Counted from the first letter of the stretch, positions 1-7,689 are shown. The stretch is 13,478 nt of DNA from Promethearchaeota archaeon (GCA_048939465.1 JBHLPL010000049.1:1-13478); one strand, 5' to 3'. Program-made: numbers and translations. The notes: generated by a model not told the origin, from the letters alone.

Positions 1-426
1 GACTCTCTTTATCTTTGTCGCTCCTCCAACACTGATCTTCAATGAGCTTGCCTCGAATTTTACCTGGTCGTCAGTGGTCTCTTCCTCTTCTCCTAGTCCT
101 TCTCTTAACCTTTCGATCTTCCTTCTGAGTTCGTTAATCTTTGACAGCAGATTCTGGTTGTCTTGATTTCTCGTCTCAAGTTGATTCGATAGCCGATCTA
201 TTCGGTTCTTCATATCTTCTCTGTCGTAGTCGCTCCAGACTACTCTTGTTCCACCTTTCTCTCTCCTTGTGGAGATAAGATTCGCCGCTCTGAGAACTGC
301 AATTATGTCGTATACTCGTCTTCTGGGCATGTCAAGTAGCTGAGCCAGTCTGATGTTGTTAAGTCCTTCTTCCTTGGCTTCCTTCAGCAGGTTCACAGCA
401 GTTGTTGTTATCTCTGATAGCTTCAA
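1..426 (-). CDS. E2F/DP-family winged-helix transcription-factor-like protein with coiled coil (3' end runs off the window; absent from the ORF track)
   Basis: Manual translation from TTG at 426, with GGAGAGGGAAG upstream: MKLSEITTTAVNLLKEAKEEGLNNIRLAQLLDMPRRRVYDIIAVLRAANLISTRREKGGTRVVWSDYDREDMKNRIDRLSNQLETRNQDNQNLLSKINELRRKIERLREGLGEEEETTDDQVKFEASSLKISVGGATKIKRV. This is 142 open codons. RRRVYDIIAVL matches the E2F/DP RRxYD recognition helix, and a heptad coiled coil follows. Confidence 0.85.
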   Translation of the reverse strand, partial: MKLSEITTTAVNLLKEAKEEGLNNIRLAQLLDMPRRRVYDIIAVLRAANLISTRREKGGTRVVWSDYDREDMKNRIDRLSNQLETRNQDNQNLLSKINELRRKIERLREGLGEEEETTDDQVKFEASSLKISVGGATKIKRV

Positions 427-466
427 GCAACTTCCCTCTCCTTTTAAGAAAAATACACTAAATCGC

Positions 467-494
467 ATTTAAATAAATTATGGCCTTATATAAA
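467..494. promoter_or_regulatory. Candidate TATA boxes for the E2F-like gene (ATTTAAATAAA 467-477; TTATATAAA 486-494)
   Basis: AT-rich TATA-like motifs 40-70 nt upstream of the TTG start. Which one is used, and on which strand, cannot be determined. Confidence 0.4.
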
Positions 495-601
495 GCGAAG
501 AATCATTAAAGGCGTCTTTTCTCCTTAAATCGATAAATTATATCCTCGCACGCCCGAAATCAGCTGTCAAGTCATAGAAATCTAAGCTATTAATTTGCCG
601 A

Positions 602-1008
602 GGGTGATAGAACTCTTTTCACCCACCATTCCATGAGACTGCTGGCGCCATTCGTAACATTTTCAGGTGGCATCGTAGAATGAGTAGGTGTGAGCACTCA
701 GGCCTACCTTGGTTCATTTGAACCACATCAAGGAGACTCCGTCCGAAGGGGCGGAGAGGAATTGAGCGATCCTTGAGTACTCGTGACAAACAAGCCAATA
801 AGTCCGAAGGTACACCTCTCTTCGATGTGGAAACGGTTAATGACCTCCGAGGAAGGACGGGTAAACCCTATAGATTGACGCTATACACAAGTCACCGGGC
901 TGGGACGCTGTAACCCCCCTGATTTGACGTGCGATGAAGCCAAAGCCTGAAAGGGAATTGCGGTTATGCACAGTCATAAGCTCCTTCTGCAAGGAAGGAG
1001 TGGTTTAC
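602..1008 (+). ncRNA. Putative large structured RNA (omega/reRNA-like) without an associated ORF
   Basis: Dense hairpins: GGGTGA 602-607/TCACCC 619-624; GTAGGT 684-689/GCCTAC 702-707; TGGTTC 710-715/GAACCA 720-725; TCAAGGA 728-734/TCCTTGA 770-776 enclosing CTCCGTCC-GAAG-GGGCGGAG 737-756; GGG-TAAA-CCC 859-868; TATAG 869-873/CTATA 881-885; GACGTGC 926-932/GCACAGTC 968-975 enclosing CCT-GAAA-GGG; CTCCTTCT-GCAA-GGAAGGAG 981-1000. GNRA loops and G-U pairs favour the + strand. The ORF track shows no ORF here. The 5' boundary is uncertain. Confidence 0.6.
977..1008 (+). mobile_element. IS200/IS605-type right end (subterminal hairpin plus TTAC)
   Basis: TAAG-CTCCTTCTGCAAGGAAGGAG-TGGTTTAC follows the AAGC-[hairpin]-TAGTTCAC pattern I recognise from IS605/TnpB right ends. 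Its reverse complement resembles the GTCAACTACCCC...GGGGCTT start of HEARO/IscB elements. No tnpA, tnpB or iscB is nearby. Confidence 0.6.
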
Positions 1009-1586
1009 TTTCGAGCATAAGGTATGGCTAACGCTCTCGAGAAGAACTCCAGCAGGAGTTCTGGAACAGGATTTATCCCTTTGTCTCTTGTCAAGTCGTT
1101 CCAAATCGATACGAGCTTAGCAAAATCCGCCCTTTCTCTTACTATAACAGAACCGATCTTATCTAATACTTCTGCACTGATGGCATTCCCTTTGTTTAGC
1201 CCTCTGCATTGCTTCGCCTTTTGTGCAACTCCCCAGCAGAGCCATCTCTTCTTGACATCGAAAGTGAATGGAAACGCCCTACATTCCATGGGCCGTACTG
1301 GATATACTGAGCACCTATTCCCATTGTCCAGAAAAACACACTTTCCTTCTTTATCCTTCAAAAGACCAAGAAAAGTGTCTCCCTTGATTGTACGAATGGG
1401 CGGGCTAGCAATGAATTTGCCAGCAGCTGCACTGTCCTCAAGATAATAGAAAGCTAGGAATTTGATTGCTTCCTGAGGCGTGAAGTTCAGGAATCTCGCA
1501 ATCCTTTGAATATCGTGATGCGTCACAGTCACAATGATACTGGGATCATTGCAGCAACGTCCGCATTTCTCACATTTGAATTTCAT
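1005..1586 (-). CDS. YkgJ-family CxxCxxCC cysteine-cluster (putative Fe-S/Zn) protein
   Basis: N-terminal FKCEKCGRCC and the internal CVFLDNGNRCSVYPVRPMECRAFPF motif. GGAG lies upstream of the ATG. Confidence 0.9.
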   Translation of the reverse strand: MKFKCEKCGRCCNDPSIIVTVTHHDIQRIARFLNFTPQEAIKFLAFYYLEDSAAAGKFIASPPIRTIKGDTFLGLLKDKEGKCVFLDNGNRCSVYPVRPMECRAFPFTFDVKKRWLCWGVAQKAKQCRGLNKGNAISAEVLDKIGSVIVRERADFAKLVSIWNDLTRDKGINPVPELLLEFFSRALAIPYARK

Positions 1587-1686
1587 CAGAGTGTCTCCAA
1601 TCCAACTTTAATACCTGTAGTCTTTTCTGGATCAACAGATATCTAAGGCGAATTTGAGCTGAGATTATCCCGAGGTAAGGACATAC

Positions 1687-1887
1687 TTATTTCCAGACTT
1701 CAGTGTTGCACTTTTCGCATTTGATTTGCCGAATCAGTTTGTCTCCGAGTGCATAAACCTTAACTGTCAGATTCCTTCCACATACGCCACACTTCACTGC
1801 GTCTAGCGCTTCTTCGCTTATTAGGACCATGTCGTCTCTTCTGGTGGTCTCTGGTCCTGGGGATCTTAGCTTGCGAAGAATATCCAA
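1687..1887 (-). CDS. Small zinc-ribbon protein (CGVC...CEKC)
   Basis: 66 aa with two CxxC pairs. TTG start with a GGAAGTGA Shine-Dalgarno-like motif, 15 nt downstream of the alba stop. Confidence 0.7.
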   Translation of the reverse strand: MDILRKLRSPGPETTRRDDMVLISEEALDAVKCGVCGRNLTVKVYALGDKLIRQIKCEKCNTEVWK

Positions 1888-1902
1888 GATGGTTCACTTC
1901 CT

Positions 1903-2178
1903 TTACTCCTTCGCGAGCAGGATTTCCATAGTGGATACATTCTGCCGCCTACCTTCTTCTCCGAGGACTTCAGTTCCTATTTCTGTCTTCTTTATCTTCA
2001 CGGTATCCTTTAGGAATCTTCTTCTTACTATTTCCACCACGTCTACAGCTTTTGATATCGCCCTTCCACGAGCTTTTACAAAGACTTCTTCTGAACCTTG
2101 GTTAAATAGGATTATCACAGCAAGGGCATAATTCATGGCGGGTTTTCGACCAATAAACACTGAGTTTTCTCTAGACAA
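1903..2178 (-). CDS. albA: DNA/RNA-binding chromatin protein Alba
   Basis: [17 protein letters not shown]...[23 protein letters not shown]...IGTE...NVSTMEI is the Alba1 signature. Confidence 0.97.
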   Translation of the reverse strand: MSRENSVFIGRKPAMNYALAVIILFNQGSEEVFVKARGRAISKAVDVVEIVRRRFLKDTVKIKKTEIGTEVLGEEGRRQNVSTMEILLAKE

Positions 2179-2350
2179 ACTTTGTCCCCCTGTTGCTCTC
2201 TACGAAAAATCATTTGACATAAAAGCATGATTACAGGCATTTAAGCTTTTCTTTTTTTGCGGGGGGTACTTTTTCACAGCAATTTTATTAAATCCGTAGG
2301 TGTTATGTTATTTGAAAACATTCAATTAGGATATAAGGAGATGTCATGGC

Positions 2351-3088
2351 TTGACAACTAATTCAAACAATCTTGTTGAAATTGTGGAAACCGAAAAGAT
2401 TAGTTTTAATAAACCACTCGTAATAGCAGGATTCGCGGGGCAAGGTCTCGTTGGCAGCATTGCACTAAGTTATATTGTGGACAATCTGAAGCTAAAAGAA
2501 ATCGCATATGTTCGATCAAGACTCCTCCCCCCGGCAACCATATTTATCGATGGGGTGCTTCGCTATCCCTTCCGAGTATATTCAAACGATCAAGGTACGC
2601 TTCTGGCTGTAGTCTCAGAGATTTCGCCACCTGTCGAGGGGTTCTATGACATATCTCATTCACTTATGAATTGGATCGAAAAAATGAACGTTGAGGAGGT
2701 TGTAGTTTTGTCAGGTCTTGTGGTAAGAAGCGACCCAGATCCTAAGCTAATATTCGCTGCTGCCGAGCCTGAAGTACTGGATAAATTGAGGCAACACAAT
2801 ATTCCGATCCTTACTCGGGGCTTGATAACTGGTATTGCTGCTACCATACTCAACGAGTGTATTACAAGGAGACTAACCGGGATATGCCTCCTTAGTCCCA
2901 CAACGGCAAAGCCGAATCCTGAGGCCTCTGTGACTCTGATTAGTGCATTAAACAGGGTTTATAATTTGGGCATAGAGCTGACTCCTTTAGTTAAAGAAAT
3001 TGAGCTTATCAAGAAAAAGCAACGCGAGCTTGCGGAGCATGCAGAGAAGATGAGTGATCGAGACATGGTCCAAAGCATATACGTTTGA
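2351..3088 (+). CDS. PAC2-family proteasome assembly chaperone/activator (archaeal Pba-like)
   Basis: VIAGFAGQGLVGSIA, YPFRVY, GLITGIAATILNEC and PNPEAS motifs, a C-terminal coiled coil and a terminal IYV. AGGAG lies 9 nt before the TTG. Confidence 0.9.
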   Translation: MTTNSNNLVEIVETEKISFNKPLVIAGFAGQGLVGSIALSYIVDNLKLKEIAYVRSRLLPPATIFIDGVLRYPFRVYSNDQGTLLAVVSEISPPVEGFYDISHSLMNWIEKMNVEEVVVLSGLVVRSDPDPKLIFAAAEPEVLDKLRQHNIPILTRGLITGIAATILNECITRRLTGICLLSPTTAKPNPEASVTLISALNRVYNLGIELTPLVKEIELIKKKQRELAEHAEKMSDRDMVQSIYV

Positions 3089-3152
3089 TATTCATTTCGT
3101 AATTCGACTGTCAACAACATTCTGACAGTGGTAAATCTAGTATCCTCAATCC

Positions 3153-3211
3153 ATCATCCTTCTCTTTATTTCGAGTTCTGTCGGTCAGTGGGCCGTGATA
3201 AAGAGGATGAT
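3153..3211. other. Intergenic stem-loop between convergent genes (possible terminator or RNA stability element)
   Basis: ATCATC 3153-3158/GATGAT 3206-3211, CTCTTTAT 3162-3169/ATAAAGAG 3198-3205, and an inner CGGTC-AGTG-GGCCG hairpin at 3182-3195. Confidence 0.4.
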
Positions 3212-3332
3212 CTTCAAATCACTCTTAGGAACTAATCTGGCTAATGTCCATTAGTAACGTAATTCGGCAAGAATCAACTGATTATTCATTATGTTTATGT
3301 TATTAGAGGTACTTCCTATTGGCACCTATGGG

Positions 3333-5090
3333 TCATGAAGAATCAAATGGTATGCCCTGGCTATCCCATTTCCTAAGCGCATAATAATCGCTGAGTAGCT
3401 TTTCAAATTCTCTTTTATCCAAGAACATGCCTTTGCTCGGGCCTAAAGGAAACGGCTGTTCAAAGAATAGCTCTGGCAAACGATCATCTTTTCGACTTAT
3501 ACCGGCTTCCACACTGAATGATCGAGCAGAAGTGATTATCCTTGAACCGGTTGTTTTTAAGACCTTCTTCACAATAGAGACCCCAAACACCGAAACCAGT
3601 ACGCTTTCAATTAGATCCCAATCCATAACTGGTTGAATGAGATGACATACAAGAAGACTATCATAAATAGCAACTTTATCTTCTTCGTCAACAAGAAGCA
3701 GGGATTTTCCACCATAAGTATGTCGGTCTTCTTTGCCAAGCAATTCCTGTGTGAATAGTTGACTGCGGAAGTGACATGCGCCTCTACTGGCAACCGCATA
3801 GCCCAATCCGGTTCCTACAAGTCCTCTAGCATCAAAGCCGACAGGCTCAAGCCCTTTAACATGAACAGCAATATTTTCTAACCCTGTTCTTTTAGCTATG
3901 TGAAATACTCCGTTGGCCAAGTTGGAACCTATATCCTTACGCTGACTTATCAGTTCAAGCAACGCGTAGGTCGCCTCGGCATTACCGTAATCCAGATCCA
4001 GCCCTGTTTTGATTTTGCCCCTATCCTTAAGCATTATGGCAAAAGAGACTACGTTGCCCGAAGTCATAGGGTCCAAACCGAGTTTGTTACATAGATCCAC
4101 AAGACCGGTTATTGCGTGAATATCGCCTATGTCACAGAGACCTCCAAAACTGCTTATTGCTTCGTATTCTAATTCTGCTTTTGCATTGGCAAATGAATCC
4201 GACTTTGCATCACACAATTTTCTGCATCTGATCGGACAGCCCTCACACGACGTACGCTCAATCAGAACCTGATCAATAATTGCCTTTGAGTTTATTTCTG
4301 ACCTGAACCTAGATACACCACCGCTCCAGTACCTTGTTGGAAAGACTCCAAGTTCATTTGCAACATCTACCCAGAACGAAGTCCCGTGTTTAGGATATAC
4401 CTCGTTTGTTTCCCTGGATTTCGCTATTCTCTCAACAACCTCATCCACAGTCTCATTAAACCTTGTTTCGTCTTTGATTATTGGTTCTCTTGAACCCCCA
4501 AAAACGATTGCCTTAAGGTTTTTGGAACCCATTACTGCACCGCCACCACATCTACTGGCGGCATGATAATGGTCATTTACTATAGAGGCGTAGAGCACAA
4601 CATTTTCTCCAGCAGGGCCAATGCTAATTACACCTGTATCATCACCAGTATCCCTTCTAAGGGCATCCTCTGTTTCATGTGTTGTCCTTCCCCAGAGTTC
4701 TTTAGCATCATTGAATGCCACTTCCCCGTCAATAACAGATAGCCAAGTTGGGTTCTCTGCCTTTTTCTCAATTACCAGAGCATCGTAACCACTTTCCCAA
4801 ATCCTCCTTGCAGTGTGACCCCCTGCATAACTCTCTCCATAGATTTCAGTTAGTGGGGACTTGAAGAAAACACCGTACCAGTTTGCAGTTGGAAACTTCG
4901 TCCCTGTAAGAGGCCCAACAGCAATAATCAGTTTGTTTCCGGGACTTAGAGGGTCTATCGTTGGATCTACCTCCTCCTTAAGGATGAATGAGGCTATTCC
5001 TTTGCCCCCAATGTATTCCCAAGCCATCTTATAGGGAAGCGTGAGCCTTTCAGCTTTTTGACTAGAAAGATCAATGCGAAGGATTCTCAT
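3333..5090 (-). CDS. aor: Tungsten-containing aldehyde:ferredoxin oxidoreductase family protein
   Basis: ILRIDLS, YIGGKGIA, KSPLT, GPAGEN, GAVMGSKNLKAI, CEGCPIRC, EYE, GLDPM and RGACH motifs; 585 aa. Confidence 0.95.
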   Translation of the reverse strand: MRILRIDLSSQKAERLTLPYKMAWEYIGGKGIASFILKEEVDPTIDPLSPGNKLIIAVGPLTGTKFPTANWYGVFFKSPLTEIYGESYAGGHTARRIWESGYDALVIEKKAENPTWLSVIDGEVAFNDAKELWGRTTHETEDALRRDTGDDTGVISIGPAGENVVLYASIVNDHYHAASRCGGGAVMGSKNLKAIVFGGSREPIIKDETRFNETVDEVVERIAKSRETNEVYPKHGTSFWVDVANELGVFPTRYWSGGVSRFRSEINSKAIIDQVLIERTSCEGCPIRCRKLCDAKSDSFANAKAELEYEAISSFGGLCDIGDIHAITGLVDLCNKLGLDPMTSGNVVSFAIMLKDRGKIKTGLDLDYGNAEATYALLELISQRKDIGSNLANGVFHIAKRTGLENIAVHVKGLEPVGFDARGLVGTGLGYAVASRGACHFRSQLFTQELLGKEDRHTYGGKSLLLVDEEDKVAIYDSLLVCHLIQPVMDWDLIESVLVSVFGVSIVKKVLKTTGSRIITSARSFSVEAGISRKDDRLPELFFEQPFPLGPSKGMFLDKREFEKLLSDYYALRKWDSQGIPFDSS

Positions 5091-5337
5091 ATTGTACTCA
5101 CTTCTTTTAGCCTATGCGTAACTAACAATAGCAGCTAACTGAAAGATTAATCTTCTGATGCACCTCCCGACCCTGAGTCTTCTGAATAGTTGAAGTGGAA
5201 TTTACACTGATACTGTGGCATCTAACCTTTGCTGACCAGGTTCGCCGATATCAGGCTGAGGCAGAAGGAAAAGATTACACATCAACAGTCTCAAAATCGA
5301 GGCAACCCGGATATGATTTCTTTCCTTGAGCTCATTT

Positions 5338-5589
5338 TTATGGCTTATCCAAAAACTCAGCTAACACTCTTGTACAGCAGAAGCCGTTCCTAAAGCACAT
5401 ACCCTTACAGTCGCTATTCCAAACGCGAGGTTCAAGTTTGCAGTAGGATGCCAAGCTTGGATCGTAGAAGGGGCATTCGTTTTCGTGGCTGGTTATGTCA
5501 TTTATGAGGGCTCTTATCCTATCTTCTCTAATTCTTGGATCCAGTATTTCCCCAGGATCGATTTTAAGGCTCCTTGTATTACTATTCAC
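5338..5589 (-). CDS. Hypothetical cysteine-rich small protein
   Basis: 83 aa with six Cys (CPFY...YCKL...DCKGMC...FCC). GGAGG precedes the GTG start, 12 nt after the stop of the upstream gene. Confidence 0.7.
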   Translation of the reverse strand: MNSNTRSLKIDPGEILDPRIREDRIRALINDITSHENECPFYDPSLASYCKLEPRVWNSDCKGMCFRNGFCCTRVLAEFLDKP

Positions 5590-5601
5590 CAGATCGACCT
5601 C

Positions 5602-7044
5602 CTATCTGCCAAATACGGATCTTATTCTCCTTCTAGCTACTGTTATAGTAAGACCCAATGCTACGAAAGATGAAGATGCTCCCAAGGATACAATCAAAAG
5701 AACACTGTCAGAAGTAGTAGCAACGAGATCGATTATGCAGGAATTAGAAATGGAACCAGCATGAGCTCGGTCTCCTTCGTATACAGCCCAGGATTCGATT
5801 ACACCTGTAGAACCCTCAGGAATCTCCCACATAAACATCGCGACGCCGCTGTCATCTGTGTAGGATGAACCGACGCATGTGCCGTTGATGAAAAAGGATA
5901 TTTCAGAAGAGGTCATGTTGTATCCCTTTCCGAAGGATAAGGAGGCAACTAAAGTTACATTTTGTCCTGCGTATGCCAAGGAAGGAACTTCCATGCTAAG
6001 CACGGTGGGGATTTTGACTACCGTGATAGTACGGTTAATCGAAGTACAGCTTAAGTATAACTGACTTCCGAGGTACACAGCGTAGACTGTGGCATTACCC
6101 GTACAATTGCTCGTAGCATTCCAAAAGGCTATAGCCATGCCGCTTTCATTTGTGGAACTCTGATCAACATGTGTATCATTTACATAGAAATGAATTGGTG
6201 CGCCTTCTATCACGTTTTCATTCCTATCGGTGAGAGTCGCTACAATTCTTACAAAGTCTCCTGGGAAGGCCGAGAGTGGCAACTCTAATGCAAGATTGGT
6301 CTCGGACTTGGACCCAGAATATCCAAGCAGCCATTCGATTATGTTCGCAACCAGATTCTGTCCGTTACTGTTCAGAAGAGATGCATTGTTAAATCCAAAG
6401 AAAAACATATCTGGATTGTTTTCGCATCCGTAGTACCTAGCTAATGCTACATGGGACATCACCCAGCCTAGTCGGGTCAGATCGGGCGATGTTGTCTCTT
6501 CGAGCGTAAAAATATCATTGAACGCGGAGTCACTTATCAAAATATTGTTGTAACCATCATTTTCTGTGTAGGATATGTTATAGGGAGTGTTGTAGATTGT
6601 GTGATTGATTTCACCATCATATGCCTCTATGTTATCGATAGCTGAGGAGACGAACCCGTAAGGAAAGTCGGCCAGTCTCAAGATGATCCAGCCCCCATAG
6701 CCTGAGGCCAGTACAGGTTTTCCAGCGTTAGCAATAACTTGAGCTTCATTCTGGCTGATTCCATTGCCGTTGGAATCACTTACGCTGCTCCCAACGACTA
6801 TGAGGTCGTAGACACTAGCTGTTTGGGGATTCGAAAGAAACTCCTGAAGATTCATTTCCTCAAGGTTGTATTCGAATCCCATCAGTACTGCTTCCCAATC
6901 TTGATAATATGAGGGGTTAATAGGATTGTGAAGGTAGAGTATGTTTTTCTGGACGCCGGTCTGCCGACCATCAATCGTAATAGAGGCTGCACACAATGAG
7001 AATGTGAGCAAAAGCAATAAGATTAAGTTTCTTCGACGATTCAT
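5602..7044 (-). CDS. Secreted, C-terminally membrane-anchored surface protein with two Ig-like (Big-type) repeats
   Basis: Likely start at ATG 7044 (MNRRRNLILLLLLTFSLCAA signal peptide). Two similar repeats (LALELPLSAFPGDFVRIVATL...TNESGMA and LSMEVPSLAYAGQNVTLVASL...TDDSGVA), many N-x-S/T sequons, and a C-terminal TM helix followed by RRRIR. Confidence 0.85.
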   Translation of the reverse strand: MNRRRNLILLLLLTFSLCAASITIDGRQTGVQKNILYLHNPINPSYYQDWEAVLMGFEYNLEEMNLQEFLSNPQTASVYDLIVVGSSVSDSNGNGISQNEAQVIANAGKPVLASGYGGWIILRLADFPYGFVSSAIDNIEAYDGEINHTIYNTPYNISYTENDGYNNILISDSAFNDIFTLEETTSPDLTRLGWVMSHVALARYYGCENNPDMFFFGFNNASLLNSNGQNLVANIIEWLLGYSGSKSETNLALELPLSAFPGDFVRIVATLTDRNENVIEGAPIHFYVNDTHVDQSSTNESGMAIAFWNATSNCTGNATVYAVYLGSQLYLSCTSINRTITVVKIPTVLSMEVPSLAYAGQNVTLVASLSFGKGYNMTSSEISFFINGTCVGSSYTDDSGVAMFMWEIPEGSTGVIESWAVYEGDRAHAGSISNSCIIDLVATTSDSVLLIVSLGASSSFVALGLTITVARRRIRSVFGR

Positions 7045-7319
7045 ACTGCAATCACTTCTTAAGGCGAAAGCCAGCGGTTGATTTTTAAAACTTCTTACCC
7101 GCATTCAGTGGACATCATTTGCTCTCTAAATCAGCTTTAGACCCACGATTAACAATTTTATGCCAAAAAATATCTCCTGACCCATTTTTTCCTCCATATA
7201 AGGCCTCGCGATTCTTATTCCTTTTGAAAAAGCAAGATTCTGGGTGGAGATATCCGATGCAGTGTCTTGAAAAGGGATGAAAAAAACGTAAAAACGCGAC
7301 AAATAGAGCATGGTTGGAG

Positions 7320-7328
7320 TTTATATAA
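7320..7328 (+). promoter_or_regulatory. TATA box for the small Zn-finger gene
   Basis: TTTATATAA about 32 nt upstream of ATG 7360. Confidence 0.55.
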
Positions 7329-7359
7329 TAATCCAATCAAACAAAGAAATGGGTTACCG

Positions 7360-7560
7360 ATGGCAACAGATGCGGAGAATCGAAAATCGGCTTCCTGCTA
7401 TCAGAATGGAGAAAACGGATATAAGCTAGTGGAGGTCTTATGCTCAGGATGCTGGAGCAAATTCGCTGGCATATATGTGCCGAATGACGTGAATATTGAG
7501 CGCATTCGCCTGTTGTGCCACAGATGCTCTGAGTTCGAGAAAACGGTGATACCTGTTTAG
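7360..7560 (+). CDS. Small zinc-finger protein (CSGC...CHRC)
   Basis: Start re-assigned to ATG 7360 (MATDAENRK) from the TATA position; two CxxC pairs; 66 aa. Confidence 0.65.
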   Translation: MATDAENRKSASCYQNGENGYKLVEVLCSGCWSKFAGIYVPNDVNIERIRLLCHRCSEFEKTVIPV

Positions 7561-7689
7561 ATTGACTGCTCCCATTGCTAGGCTCCAAAGAACTTCTTCC
7601 AGCTGTCTTTCAGTAAGTTCATCAAATATCAGTGTCTTAAAGAACACTGAATCAAAACTGAGATGAGCAATTCCGAATGTTTTTCCCGG
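7444..7689 (-). pseudogene. Possible C-terminal continuation of the 7690-8148 ORF beyond its TGA
   Basis: Same frame as 7690-8148 (8148-7647 = 501). Reads PGKTFGIAHLSFDSVFFKTLIFDELTERQLEEVLWSLAMGAVNLNR..., which is protein-like. No Shine-Dalgarno motif precedes the GTG at 7647. Confidence 0.4.

Noticed and set aside
552-559. GCCCGAAA (reverse complement TTTCGGGC), one mismatch from the E2F site TTTCGCGC, upstream of the E2F-like gene
   Set aside because: A single imperfect 8-mer is expected by chance; there is no second copy or conservation evidence.
730-810. Group I intron reading of the structured region (GAGACT at 733-738 and AATAAGTCC near 798-806 as P7 halves; IStron idea)
   Set aside because: I could not build P3/P4/P6, the GACT segment competes with a stronger local hairpin, the element does not end in G, and it does not interrupt a gene. 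A covariance-model search is needed to exclude it fully.
798-968. RNase P RNA-like words (AAGTCCG, GTGGAAACGG, GGTAAACCC, GCGGTTAT)
   Set aside because: The spacing between the P4-like and CR-III-like words is far too short, and the GAGGAA and ACAGAA consensus elements are missing.
5195-5329. 44-codon + strand ORF (GTG start; EFTLILWHLTFADQVRRYQAEAEGKDYT...)
   Set aside because: Short, with no Shine-Dalgarno motif and no recognisable motif. It cannot be distinguished from a chance ORF or a gene remnant.
7585-7625. SECIS-like ATGA...AAA...GA hairpin on the minus strand downstream of the in-frame TGA
   Set aside because: The helix is poor, the GA needed for the tandem G-A pairs is out of register, and the segment lies within the putative coding extension.
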